A stretch of 60,304 nucleotides of DNA, the filler included, from Sphacelaria rigidula (taxonomy: Eukaryota), in the NCBI GenBank assembly GCA_964200075.2. It is 9 parts of 9 records of this genome, joined end to end, with 100 filler letters (N's around TTAATTAATTAA, not from the genome) between each part and the next. Parts side by side here need not be neighbours in the genome. Positions count along the whole stretch, not along the records: positions 20,137 to 26,748 come from CAXNAA020019068.1; positions 26,849 to 33,460 come from CAXNAA020019069.1; positions 33,561 to 40,171 come from CAXNAA020019070.1; 6 more parts are not named here. One strand, 5' to 3'. The notes beneath the pieces are model-generated. The model worked only from the letters and a program-made list of their open reading frames with translations, was not told where the DNA came from and did not search any database. The position numbers were made by a program, and so were the translations under genes. Of the stretch, positions 24,285-36,306 are shown one piece after another. How positions within the stretch are numbered: position 1 is the first letter of the stretch; each line of letters starts with the position of its first letter.

Positions 24285-26529
24285 CTGCAGGAGCCAGATG
24301 GTGTTTGCTGGTGGTGTTCAGGTTCTCAAATACCGTTGCGAAGGAGGAGTGATTGGCTTGGGGTGTAAAGGGACCGCAAACAAAGGATGAAGAATGGACC
24401 CACCACCTGCAGATTTTCGATTCTTGGAACGTTGTCGGAATTGGTCGAACCAACATCTATCTCCGATAGAAAAAAAAGTAGAATTATTCCGCCGTGCGAT
24501 CAGGCACGACAAGAGTCAACTTGAGTTTTTCTGTCTTGGTTATGCGCACTACGGCGACGCCTGGCCTCCGCCGCCCGCGCAGGAACATCCTCTTCGTTGG
24601 TACTTCATGTGTATACTATGATTGCCTTTTCTTGGAGTTTGCACCCTCTTTTTGTAGTGCCCCAAGGCCCATGGTCTGCATTTCGTCAGGGTTAGGGTTG
24701 GGGTGATGATATGGGTTACGTGGGTTAATCGGGTTAGTGTTTAATGTGAAGACAACAACAGTGTGACGATCAACAGTGGCAATCATAAAAATACAAGTCT
24801 CGAGTTTGATACTGTACTGATGTTGCTTCGTGCAGAATTGGAGGAGGTATACATATGCGACAGAGGTAGAGTGCCCTAGGCAGAGCGCACGTACGTTGTT
24901 AAAGCCACAATCAGCGCCCTTTCGAGTCTGCAACCTTCGATGCCCATTTGAGGAAAAACGCAAGCTTGCATGAGCTGAGTTCTCTCCTAACTGTACAATG
25001 AGCTATGCATCCAAATGACGCCGCGATAGCGGTAACTTGGTCGAGGCTGTAGCCTTCAAAAGAGCACGAAACCCCTAGATTCGAGGGGTCAGAAAGTATC
25101 GGCGATTTCCACAGTAGCCTCAGTAGCCCACAGATTCCCCGAAAATATCACAGAAGAATAATCCGAGGTGATCTCAATCCCGGGGAACCGATCGGATGCC
25201 CCACATCAAGTGAGGTGATCTGATCGGGTGATCCGACTTTCTCGGCTCACGTCGCCGCGCATCGAAGTTGGTCCGCCACAGTAGATCCGGATGTGATGGG
25301 CGTTTTTCGAACAGGATGACGAAATTCTTTAACCATGCGGTATTTTTAATTTGTCGACCTACCAGTACTGCAGTTGCAACCTTGTCGTGTCCGCCCCTCT
25401 GTTCAGGTCCGTGGTCAAAAGATAGAAGATTCCCGGCCAACCACGCAACAAGATTAAAAAACGCCACTCTTCTGAGGGGAATGCGTCACTGGTTGTGGCG
25501 GTAGCGAAGTACCGACGATAGTATACCTCACTTTGGGAGAGTGCTGTTGTTTCGGAGCAGTAGGTGCGATTTTTGCACCGTTTTGCGCCGGTTCTGAAAC
25601 GCTGGATAATGACCAGAATCACGCTTCACGGAGATTTCAGCGAGATCAACCCATGTCACACCTTGGACAGTGGGTTGTACAGCATCGCCGAGATGGCATG
25701 AGCAAAGGTGACAAGATTGTGGTGTGCTCTGTAGATTACTATGAAGTACTTCTCCAAGTTTGGACCGAAAAGTCACGGTGCGTGGCGAGATAGTAATAGG
25801 AAAGAATTTGTCCATACTTGGGTGCGTGCCACCCCCCTTATCCCCAGCGTTGTGGTGCTGTGAGGGCATTTCGCGCTCGCGCTACATTTACCCCTGGTCC
25901 AGGACACAGTGATCCTACGATAGGGAGGGGGAGGGTTGATTCCACGAAAAGCGGGGGTTCATAGGTGTGTCAGATGACGTAATACACTTACGTTGCACTT
26001 GTATTTGCGTGAAACCGGTGTCAAGCGGTGTGAAATTTGGCACCAATAACGTCCTCCGAACGAAAGTTCAAAGTTGCTGCATTCAAGGACGATTTCACCC
26101 TGAGGGTCCGTTTTAATGAGATACAAGATATGTGAGAACGCGCCGTGATATTGAGAGTGATTCTGGCGTATTTCGCCATTTTTGTTTTTGTTTTTTCCTC
26201 CTTTAAGTTGGTTGCCCATCAGCTCTCAACCAATCGGAAGGACAAAAAGAGGAAAATCAGCCAATTGGAAACCGCCAGAATTGCTCTTACTCTCACGGCG
26301 CGTTTTCACTGTAAAAGTTTCTTGTTTGGTTCAAACAGGTCCTTGGACCGCGAACCATCCTCAGATGGACTCAAATGGACTATGCCATATTTTGGGTTCA
26401 CAGTAGATTGTTTGCGCTACACAAAACACCTCTTTTCATAAACTTTCATGAACAAAATATATGGATGTTGAGCGTCTATACAGAAAATAGTCAAGGGCAG
26501 GTCAGGTGGGGAATGTCCAATACTCATGG

Positions 26530-26645
26530 TCCGGCGAAAACCCGGCGTGCTCCGTTCCGGCTTTGTAGGGATGCGAGGTCGATGGTCAGATAACTATGGC
26601 ATGCAAAATCATGAGTAGCCCCCGCCCCCGCCCCCCCCCCCGCCC
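26530..26645 (+). mobile_element. Family A 3' terminus followed by a C-rich tract
   Basis: ccggcgaaaacccggcgtgctccg...ctatggcatgcaaaatcatgagtagccccc. Confidence 0.75.
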
Positions 26646-26748
26646 GCCCGCCAGCTGGTTAGACACCCGTGAGGCAGTGTGAAAGTCGTGGCTGTCTCTA
26701 GAAGTTGCAATACCACAGAACAAAGCAACTCATTGTTGGCTGTCATCC

Positions 26749-26848
26749 NNNNNNNNNNNNNNNNNNNNNNNNNNNNNNNNNNNNNNNNNNNNTTAATTAA
26801 TTAANNNNNNNNNNNNNNNNNNNNNNNNNNNNNNNNNNNNNNNNNNNN
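26749..26848. other. Artificial contig spacer
   Basis: N44-TTAATTAATTAA-N44. Confidence 0.98.
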
Positions 26849-27100
26849 GCACTCAAATCACCAAGCGCGGAGCGCCGTGGTGTGCTCGGCGAGTCGCAGG
26901 GTGAGCTGCATCCGGCTAAGATTGTTCGGCCCGAAGCCTACTGATTATCTTGCATTTGGATGACAGCTTACAATGAGTTGCTTTATTATCTGATATCGCC
27001 ACTTTCAGAGACAGCAACGGCTTAAACACTGCCTCATGGGTGTCTCACCATGTAAGGTGGGGGTGGGGGGAGGTACTCATTTGTTGCTTGCCTCAGCCTA
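26849..27100 (-). mobile_element. Family A fragment abutting a G-run and a family B 3' terminus
   Basis: Matches 390-600, then ggggggaggtactcatttgttgcttgcc. Confidence 0.7.
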
Positions 27101-29039
27101 TTTGAGGAAGGAGGGGGTACCCCCTTGATCGATGATGATGGCGATAGTAGTTGCTGTGTGTGTGTGCATCGGTCTTACGGACCTATGCACGGTACACAAA
27201 ATGTGCTGCCTTCTGCTGTGTTCGACACTGCGTACCAACCGCAGCGTGACGCTTCGGCGGTACTACCTGCTCACTGCACAGCGGAAGGGTGCAGGATGGA
27301 AAAGCACACCGCAGGACGTGACATCCTTAGCCCATCTCTGTCCTGCATTTATTTAGCTCCGTCCTATGCAGTTCGCTACATCACGAACGCAGCCGCTCGT
27401 ATGTGCAGCCGACGTGTACGCGGGATATCACCCCCCGCTACGAGCTATATCGTTACGTCATATTTTGTCAAGCTGTCGTTGTTGTAGCTACAGCGTGCGT
27501 TTGCCCCAGGTTGCGCACGCAGGAATATAAGGCCGCCTATGCTGCTGCAATGGCTGTCTGTATCTTGGGCGAAGCTGAATGGTAACACAGCCGCTATGGC
27601 GCAAAAGCCGCCAGTAGCATTCCACATCGGGGGAGATTTTTACAGTGTTGTCTCGAAGTGTAGCGTTGCAGTTACCGAGTTGAAGTACGAGAACTACTCG
27701 TACTTTATTACAGAAGTTAAAGTCGGCAATATATTCTATACTGTGCGATTCGACCTAACGGTCGCTGGGCGAACTGCAGGTGAGGCAATCGCCGAAATAC
27801 TCACCTGCAAACTCTGCTCCAGTGCACTGTAAGTTGGTATCGTTAGAAGGACACTACCATAACCGCCTTGCAGGCTGCCAGACTGTGAGGACGTAGGATC
27901 CGCTCGCGTTGCTACTGTTTGTATGGGAATATTGCCCCCGTGTCGGGTACGTGGGGACGGGTCCGTGGCAGAATACAGTGGGCGTTCTCACTCAAGACTT
28001 CGATTTGGAGGATGATACCAGGTAGGCAGCAGCAACTGCTGTGTGTCCAGGTGACCCTTGGAGCAAGATACGTTCGGTTTCTGTTTGAAAAAGTGTTCGC
28101 CCCAAAACAGAAATCAATAGGGGTTTCAGAGAGGAAAAATCTAGCAAAAACAAAGTTGCAAAAATCGAGTCGTAAAAATCAAGTCTCACAAAATCAGTTA
28201 TTCGAATTTTTACCCGGAGTAGAAACCAAAATTCACTTCGTGAAATTGGAATTCATACCACGACTCATCATTTTGGATGCCGTCAGTTCCCTAGTTAAGC
28301 ACGTGACGTTATATGACTCTAAGCACGGCCACGTCATGTCACATTCGACGCGAAATCACAGAACGCCTTGCTGTACTCTACTGTATTTTCTGCACCGTGC
28401 ACAACGTACGAGAGTGATCATAACAGAGGCAAGCGCCCCGCCCTCTGAACTTGCGGTGCACCCCAAGCATGCTCTGGGACACAGTTGGCGTCTCAGCCGA
28501 CAAAGGTTAAGGTAAAGTTAATGTCTGTTGAATGAAGAACAGAATAGTGCTGAAGATAGCTATGTTTCATAATGGTGAAACGTATTGTTTCTTCGTTTTT
28601 TTTGGCTTACGCTGTTTGTTTCATCTTCTTCTTTTTGCCTCCCCATTTGTCTTCTTTTCTGTAGCTAGTATTTCCGTCTTGTTTACATTGCGTGAGCCTG
28701 TCTCATGGATGATGACCAAGGCTGGGTCTCTCGGGGATCCGTTACTGTACGACAATCAACTCAACATTCTTCAATTTCCACCGGTGCTGTGATACGGTAG
28801 TAGGCATCATTTCCGTACCTCGATACTGTTTGAGTTTGTATATTTCGTGGATCACGCCTCCTACGTGGAAACTTGTATCAAATGTAAGATCTCGCTCAGG
28901 GCTTTCAAACGAAGACATTTCTGGTTGTGAAAAATACGGGCTCAAGAACATGTGCTACAAATCTCGGGATGATATTGTTTTGAGGGTGTACCATGCTCGT
29001 CGATATTGAGAAGGAACTTACCTGCGGTCGGGGCATTAA

Positions 29040-29800
29040 GCCGCAAGTCTGTGAGTACAGCTTTCGGGCAATACCTGGGTCATGCTGTGAATCGCCGCCC
29101 CACACGATTCGCAAACCCAATAAACAAATTGAATCTGTCCTGGTAGGTCGTCACCATTTTCCCTAAACGTTCTACACAAACGTGAAAATTTGCCATAGAA
29201 CCGGTGTAACGCGCTCAGCACGCAAGTCGGGCGATGGAACCGTGGCACAACGCAAATGGAAGATGCGTGCGAGAACAAAGACCGATAAGCGGGCTGTTTC
29301 AAGCTTACTTGTCTACATCTCTGCAAACCGGGCATGCGGTGTGTGTATATAGTGTCCAGACTGGAGCTTCTCTGACCCGCGGCGAGCCTGAACAAATCAA
29401 GCTTGGGGTTGTCCAACTCGAACTTCAGAAAAAGAAAATATGTGGATAAAGATCGCGGATACATCTTTCAATAGTACCCCCCTTCGAGATGATAGGAACT
29501 CCGAGGAGTCAGCGTCTCCAGACAAAGCAACATACGTCGAAATAATTTAGACACAGGCAAACAGAGGAACAAGACCGTCGCATATCCCTTTTTCCATCAC
29601 CCCTGGGTCGACCTGGTGAGAGCAGTCGGGGCACGTGTGTACTGGGTACCAAGAACATGCGAACCTTGACTGCTGCGCATTGTCCGCGGATCTCTGGTGG
29701 ACGAAACACAATCACTGCACGTTTCAACATCTGCACTACGTAACGAATGTTGAAAATCTCGTGTCGCCCCAAGGTGGTTGGAAGTTGCGAGGGTTAAATA
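29040..29800 (-). mobile_element. Possible decayed Penelope-like RT relic
   Basis: Weak motif resemblance only (YPxxL; FSHASS...SALHRF...SRLC); heavily degenerate. Confidence 0.25.
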
Positions 29801-29910
29801 CTTGCCCAATCAGGCTGAGCCCTGCGTTGACATTTCCATCAATTGTGCATCGTCAATTTGAAAATGTCGTAATCGAGTTCCCCTGGAACGTAATATTAAT
29901 ATATATATGA

Positions 29911-30235
29911 GCTCCCACGTCCCGGTAGTCTTCTGGTACAACCGAAACCATTAGGGCGGAAAGTATGGGTTCGACTCCTGGCAGGTGAATTTAATTGTTT
30001 TTCAGAAACATATTATTTCCGTCGCTGAAAACGTGGGGATGTGAGCAGCACAGATAGTTTAATTGACGAGAGTTGGACGCGATACAGGAGTGATGATAGT
30101 CATGATTCAATACGTGATACCAAAATGTAAGGGGTGCACAAGGGAAAAGATGGTTTGATGCCTTGAGACCATTAGACCACGGACTTGTGTCGAGAGAGGC
30201 AGATGGTTGGATGTGTGGCGAAGAAGAAATGTTCC
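29911..30235 (+). mobile_element. tRNA-headed SINE-like element
   Basis: B-box ggttcgactcc (29968-29978); downstream gatggtttgatgccttgagacc...ggact core shared with the 17929 copy. Confidence 0.55.
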
Positions 30236-31743
30236 GTCAGTTATCGTCAGGGCGTTGTTTCGTAAAGTAGAGACGACGAATGCCCATCCGAGCGCTCAGA
30301 ACTTTCGCTCTTGAAATGATCAATGCTGAAAACAGACAGGGTTTGTTTGGTGCGGATGAACAAAATGAGAGGACAGTAACGTGCCTGAAGTCCACTGTAG
30401 ATGTGAACGCTCAAGGTTAGGACACCAAGTCTACGTGGTCGCTAAAAAATGGACATATTGAATGAGATGGATGGAGATGAATTTCTCTAAAACACCATGA
30501 AGAATCAAGGTAGATTATATGAAGAACTGAAGACACCATTAATGCTCTGATACGCACTTTCTGTGCTCCTTCACATGTAGATGACTCGCGAAAGTTTAGT
30601 TGTGCTGTCCACGTGCTTAGCACCACCCTAATCCCCTAGAACGATGTAAGACCAAATTATACATAAAGGAGCAACGACCGTTGAGCCACGTGCCCTACTT
30701 TCCCAAACTCGCAACGAGTCACGAGATTATGCTCGTTTTTTCACCTTGTTATCTTCAGTCACATGTACATGACCCGCGGTGCTCTGTTGCGCTGTCTACA
30801 CGCGTAACACCATCAGTGAAGCCATCAGACGGCCCATCTTCGGTCTACGCTGGCGGTGTTGTGTTCATTAAGTGATACCCATGCTGCCAGTCATGTGATT
30901 CTCCGCGCATTGGCCCACGCTTCTTGAACGTCATCTGCGCTACTGACAGGGAGTACTAGGCCACACGCAAACCGTCGTGCATTCACATGTGGTTGTGTGG
31001 GCTGCTGCATCGTCCTTGAGGAAAAAAGGAAGGAGTCGTCGATGGCATGAGCGAGCGCTGCGACCATGTTCAAAACAGCTCTTCCCATTGAAGAGGATAT
31101 GTCGGTACAAGCGGAGACTTATTTTAACCCGCTGACCGCTGTGGCATGTAGTTACGTACCGCAAGTACCAAAGCACCACAGTAGAATTTGCTGATTACTT
31201 GTGTTTTGCAATTAGTATCATGCCTCTGCCGTGTGTTGATGGTGGGTGTGCCCTATGCTTGACCGATGCTACCGCCTGGATCTGTACATGTTCTGCTTTA
31301 CGGTTCGGGCCTGTCTGCACTGACGCACCGGCGTGCACACACAAGAGGCGCCGACATAATGAATCATGGTCGTCAAGTCGTGTTTAGGCCCACCTTTTTA
31401 GACCCGATTGTTTGGTGAAAAAATACAATGTCGGACCTGCGGTTGGGGGGTCTAGAAATGTTTCGTGATAATGAAGGCTCTCATAGCAATCATATTTCCT
31501 CAAGCATCGGAAGGGTAGGAATTCTCACGATCACGGCCCAGAGACGAAGGAAGACACCCAGAAGACCGCTCGATGTGCGAAGGAAAAAGAAGGGGCTCTA
31601 TAATGACGAGTGGTGATGCAGTATCCACGGGCAGAAAGGATGGAGTTTCTGTCTTCATCACACGATCATCGGCACGAAAGTGCAACTCATATCCACCCAG
31701 GCATGAATCATGACACTACATTCGTAGGATCGAAGGGCTATAC

Positions 31744-31806
31744 CTGAATCCAGAATGTTTCCCCGGTGCTGTACTCTAGCTTCTTAGCTCTGGCGGAGAA
31801 CACGGT
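31744..31806 (-). CDS. Exon 2 of an unknown protein (TVFSARAKKLEYSTGETFWIQ)
   Basis: gcag|...CAG|gtatag, 63 nt, phase 0-0, in frame with 32617-32748. Confidence 0.55.
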
Positions 31807-32616
31807 CTGCTTGCGAAAGCCATGGGGGCCAGCATGGAGGGGGCGCGTGGGGGCAGGGGGATCGAGCGGTTGTCGGGCACGATGGGAATATCGAATGCAT
31901 ACATGCCAGTGGCGATTTGCCCGAAGATCATGTATGCCGAAAATCATTCCGAGAATATGCTGAAGAAACTGAGATGAGGAACGGTGTTACCAAACAGTAT
32001 GAAAATGCGAAAGTGATCCCACCACCTGTCCATCACGATGGTATTTACGGCAGCTACTAGACGCCGGAGACATTTCCCACAGAGCGGGTGGTGAGCGATA
32101 CCCCGTAAGGATGGACCAAAATAAAACACGAACAAAGCCCGTGGTCGTGTCGTAACAAAAGGTATGTGCCCGGCTATACATCACGTTCATTACATAAACC
32201 AGCCTGATACCGAACATAGGTTTCACTCAGCGGTATACAAATTCGATCAGAGACACGATGAGTGCAAATGAATTAGAACACCGCACCAAATGTCCCAGTG
32301 TCCACTCCAGCAGTGTCCCAGGTTTCGCCTTTGAAAAACAGAAAACCAAGCCGGACCAGAGTAGCATGGCACAGTGGACTGCGCGCTAGCTAAAATTTCA
32401 TCCCAGAAACAACGACGAGACTGTGAGTGAATTGATTCGCTTCACATGAACAAATTTGCTGTGGATCCAGCCCTGACACAGGCCTACCCAATCCAAGTAT
32501 GCAGAATCACTATGATAGCTACTGGAAGCTCGGACAGAAAAGCCGAACAAAAAACAAGGATTGCGCAACAAAATAACGGACAATGGAAGGAGAGTCGGCA
32601 ATCAGCGTATCTTCAC

Positions 32617-32748
32617 CTGACAGTCCTTCACCACTCTCGCCAAAGTCCCCGGGTCGGACAAGGCAGCTGATAAGGCCGAGGGAGCGCTGCGAAACTCGAA
32701 CTCAACTTCACCCGCAAAGGGCACGCGCCCCTCGGGATCCAAGAAGAA
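32617..32748 (-). CDS. Exon 1 of an unknown protein (FFLDPEGRVP...LARVVKDCQ)
   Basis: Long pyrimidine tract, then ccag|...CAG|gtgaag; 132 nt. Confidence 0.55.
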
Positions 32749-33380
32749 CTGGATAAACCGGCCGAAATGGTGGGCGGAGAAGGTGCGAAGAAAGTCATGA
32801 CATGAACATTTGAAGCACCATTTGAGAATTCGAAGGAACACAAAACAAAACTTCGAAAAAGGGACGAGAAAAAGCAAGCTGCGACAATGAACACCAAGCA
32901 CAACCCGACGCGAGGACCTTGTCTTGTATGGGTGTACTTGCCTTGTATGGGGGGGGGAAATGCAAGAGTATACGCAACAACAACTGATCAGTTGTTTCTG
33001 GGCATTAAAAAGGGGAAAAGCAAAAACTGAAGTAAGTGTTGGGCGACCACACGCGTGCAGAGTGGAAGTACCGTTGATTTGTTACTTTGGTGAGGCGAAT
33101 CCGGAAATACAAATTGGGATGCCCGTTAGCAAAAATTGAACGAGCACATGAAACAGAGTACACCCACCGCACCCAAACAAGTTCCCACTGTGATTTGCAC
33201 GCCTCACACCCTACGTTTATGGATCGGTTCAGGCCACCTCTCACGCGAACAAGAATATAACCTTGAGAAGAGTGTCAATTTTGAAATTTTGTCTTCGCAT
33301 AAAGCACCTACTCACTCATCAGTTACTGGGCATTAATCTTTCCCCAAGTGGTGGAGTTGTTTGTGCGTTAAACCGCGTAG

Positions 33381-33460
33381 CGAGTCATCCTACGATAGGG
33401 GGGGGGGTGTACTCATGATCATGCTTGCCATAGTCATCAGACCATTGACCTCGCATCCCT
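33381..33460 (-). mobile_element. MITE TIR with a family A 3' end in its G-run
   Basis: cgagtcatcctacgata, then a G-run, then tgtactcatgatcatgcttgccatagtc. Confidence 0.7.
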
Positions 33461-33560
33461 NNNNNNNNNNNNNNNNNNNNNNNNNNNNNNNNNNNNNNNN
33501 NNNNTTAATTAATTAANNNNNNNNNNNNNNNNNNNNNNNNNNNNNNNNNNNNNNNNNNNN
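33461..33560. other. Artificial contig spacer
   Basis: N44-TTAATTAATTAA-N44. Confidence 0.98.
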
Positions 33561-33863
33561 GAAGCGTTCTGATTATCTTGCATTTGGATGACAGCCTACA
33601 ATGAGTTGCTTCATTTTCTGGTATCGAGTACCACAAGCACATATTATGGTACGACACAGCGTCTTCACTTCGGTCTACGAAAAAACCGTTGCACCGTACA
33701 ACTTTTTGTCGTTGTTATCGTCACCATTATTTTTGCCGACCCTGTTGCTATTGCCATCATGAAATCGACCTAGAACAGCGTGACCCGATCACACAGTAGA
33801 TACACTCGGCAGAAACACCTGAGTCACTAACACTTCAGAGAACCGTCTACCGTAAACACTCAC

Positions 33864-34031
33864 CAAAACATGACGTTGAGGAACACCCCCCAATTAATTT
33901 TCCCCCAGCCGCCGTCGGGCGGCAACAGCCAAGACTCCGGCATGCTACAGTCCGGCAGCCCCCAGAGCACCAGAACGACGAACGGCAGCAGACTGAACAC
34001 CGCCACCACTATCGCAGCCCTCCCCACCACC
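33864..34031 (-). CDS. APC-family polyamine/amino-acid transporter (PUT/LAT-like), exon d
   Basis: acag|...TG|gtgagt, phase 2-2. VVGRAAIVVAVFSLLPFVVL...INWGVFLNVMFW (cf. plant PUT WxLYLNTLFWN). Confidence 0.9.
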
Positions 34032-34661
34032 CTGTGGACAATGTGTTCGTGTACACCCATGCATGTGCGGGCGCGTCAGTGTATGCTGTGTCTATGAGAG
34101 AGAATACGTACTTGAAGCTAGAGGGATCCATGGAGGTCAAACACGCTATGCAAACTCTGCACGTATGGGAGCGTGGGCGACACACCTTACAGTAGTTGTA
34201 CTCATAGAGAAAGAAAAAAAAAGTAGGTTTAGGGCCAGCCTGTCCTGTTAGCTCTGCAATGCGATGTATCTTTTAGTCATCACTGCTTGCAAACTCGAAG
34301 AAGACACACCAAAATATGAAATTCCCTTCGGAGGTGGTTCGGGTACGCGTGTTGGATTTTCGACATCCTGCCGTACACAGATATTAGACATGGAACAGTG
34401 GGTCGCGAATGCGCATTCAATACTATTTTTTTTCCGCTCATGACCATGGCAACGATGAACTCAATTTAACGCTCTTCAAACCTTACTCCTAAAAGCGCCA
34501 CCAACTAGGGTAAGGGATTCACAACAGGAGCGATACAGTCACTAGAGGTTGTCCGTACCCAACAACGCCAGAATATACTCACGAAAATCTCTCTCGATCG
34601 ACACTAACGACAGAAGTGATGAGCTAACGAACAATCAACAATTGATTCGCATTCTCGTCAC

Positions 34662-34797
34662 CTCAGACCCCGGTATGTCATGTAGGAGAGAGACACATTG
34701 ACAGCCACGATACACAGCCAGCGGCCCAAGCCGTCCTGGCTAAGAAAATGGCCGTCCGGCAGCAAGCTAACCAGGTAGTCCAGAAAAAGCACAGGGT
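34662..34797 (-). CDS. PUT/LAT-like transporter, exon c
   Basis: gcag|...AG|gtgacg, phase 1-2. YPVLFLDYL...VSLSYMTYRGL. Confidence 0.9.
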
Positions 34798-35387
34798 CTG
34801 CAAGATTATAAAAAAACGCGCACGTCGAGGAACTGCGTAAAAAAAAGGGTGAGCGCGCGGGGCGAGAGGAAAATCAACGAGTTGCTCATGGTCTGAAGGC
34901 TTAGGTTTGGGATTCCTATATTCGTGTGGCATGCACCAATGTCCACTATCGAGTTTTCGTTGCCACCAGTACTTGCACATGTTTTGCGGGTAAACCGTGG
35001 ATTGTTCCCTAAGCAAACATCGAACATCTACTGTGGCAAATGTCCCTGCATGGTGTCGAGTACGCTCCGCGTCCCCCCCCCCCCCGCACACCCCCTCCCG
35101 GGCTCTGAACAAAGCTGTTCACATTAAAGCGTCGATATTCATTCTGGACACCCAAAACTTCGTGAGCCGACAGAAAAAAACAGATAAGCAGTGTGTCTCC
35201 TCTCCACCCGCCTTTCACCGCGAGCAGTTCAACCTGAAAGAAGGAAACTATGCAGATGCGCGACGACAAGAACAAGAATAAGAAATAAAAAAACAACAAG
35301 CGTAGAGATGAGAGTGATAGAGTCTGCAATTTTTGCTCGTTTTTATTTATTTTTCGTTTCAGGGATCCCGTTCTCACGAAAACTCAC

Positions 35388-35469
35388 AGAGACTGTTGTC
35401 GGTCACGCCCGACACCCAACTGCAGTAGCCTTCCATCCATCCCCAGAATGGACCGAAGGCCGTCGCCAC
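35388..35469 (-). CDS. PUT/LAT-like transporter, exon b
   Basis: tcag|...T|gtgagt, phase 0-1. VATAFGPFWGWMEGYCSWVSGVTDNSL. Confidence 0.9.
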
Positions 35470-36203
35470 CTGACCAAGCGCAGCGTATCCCGCAGAAGAG
35501 ACAGGCGCGCAGTGCAGTGAACATGATCAGTAAATGTGTACACGCGGTAGTATTCAAGACCCAGGGTGAGCAGAACTCCGCTGGAAAACCGGTCAGACAA
35601 AAGTCGCCGGTTTCCCGGCACCTCCTTTGACGTATTTTCAGACGGGAGCCGAATGAAATAAGTTTTTATCCAGTATATATATATATATATATGTATAGGG
35701 TTCTCTGACGGTGAACGAATGATAGAAAAATGCCTAACGGTCGCCCAGGAGGCGGGAGATAGTCGCATTTCGGATGAGAGACGTAGGGTAGTAGTAGGGG
35801 GCAAGAGAACGGGAAGGGAAATTCCTGCTACCTTGCCACCTACGAAGTTCATACTGACATGACCGAATACTGCGAAATAATATCACGGCTGTCCTCGATG
35901 CTCCTACTGTGATGATATTACCCCCGTGTTTGGATAGTATCTGCGGTACCGGGTAAAACGGCAAAAACCCACCAAGCGTGAACCGCGGTATCTTGAAAGA
36001 CCGTTTGCTTTGTTGACTGTGCAGACCGTACCGCAAGCTCGGGTACCTTCACGTGCTGTACAGTGAAACATTGGTACCGTACCGTACACACACCCACACT
36101 TTCTCTTTTTCACAAGTCGACGATGTCGCCGCTTAAAGGGCAAACATGAACCCAGAACATGTACAACACGGACGTCGACTCCCATATTTTCCGTCCCCCC
36201 CCC

Positions 36204-36306
36204 GCCTCGAGCCTGGTCCGGCGAAAACCCGGCGTGCTCCGTCCCGGCTTTGTAAGGATGCGAGGTCAATGGTCTGATGACTATGGCATGCATGATCATG
36301 AGTACA
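36204..36306 (+). mobile_element. 5'-truncated family A copy flanked by C-runs
   Basis: C9 at 36195-36203 before and CCCCCTCCCC after ...atgagtaca. Confidence 0.75.

Noticed and set aside
27805..27826. 22-nt minus-strand microexon with good splice signals
   Set aside because: It cannot be tied to a neighbouring exon or homologue; a chance match is plausible.
32624..32782. Plus-strand exon SFTTLAK...KWWAEK
   Set aside because: The minus-strand reading has the pyrimidine tract and an in-frame partner exon.
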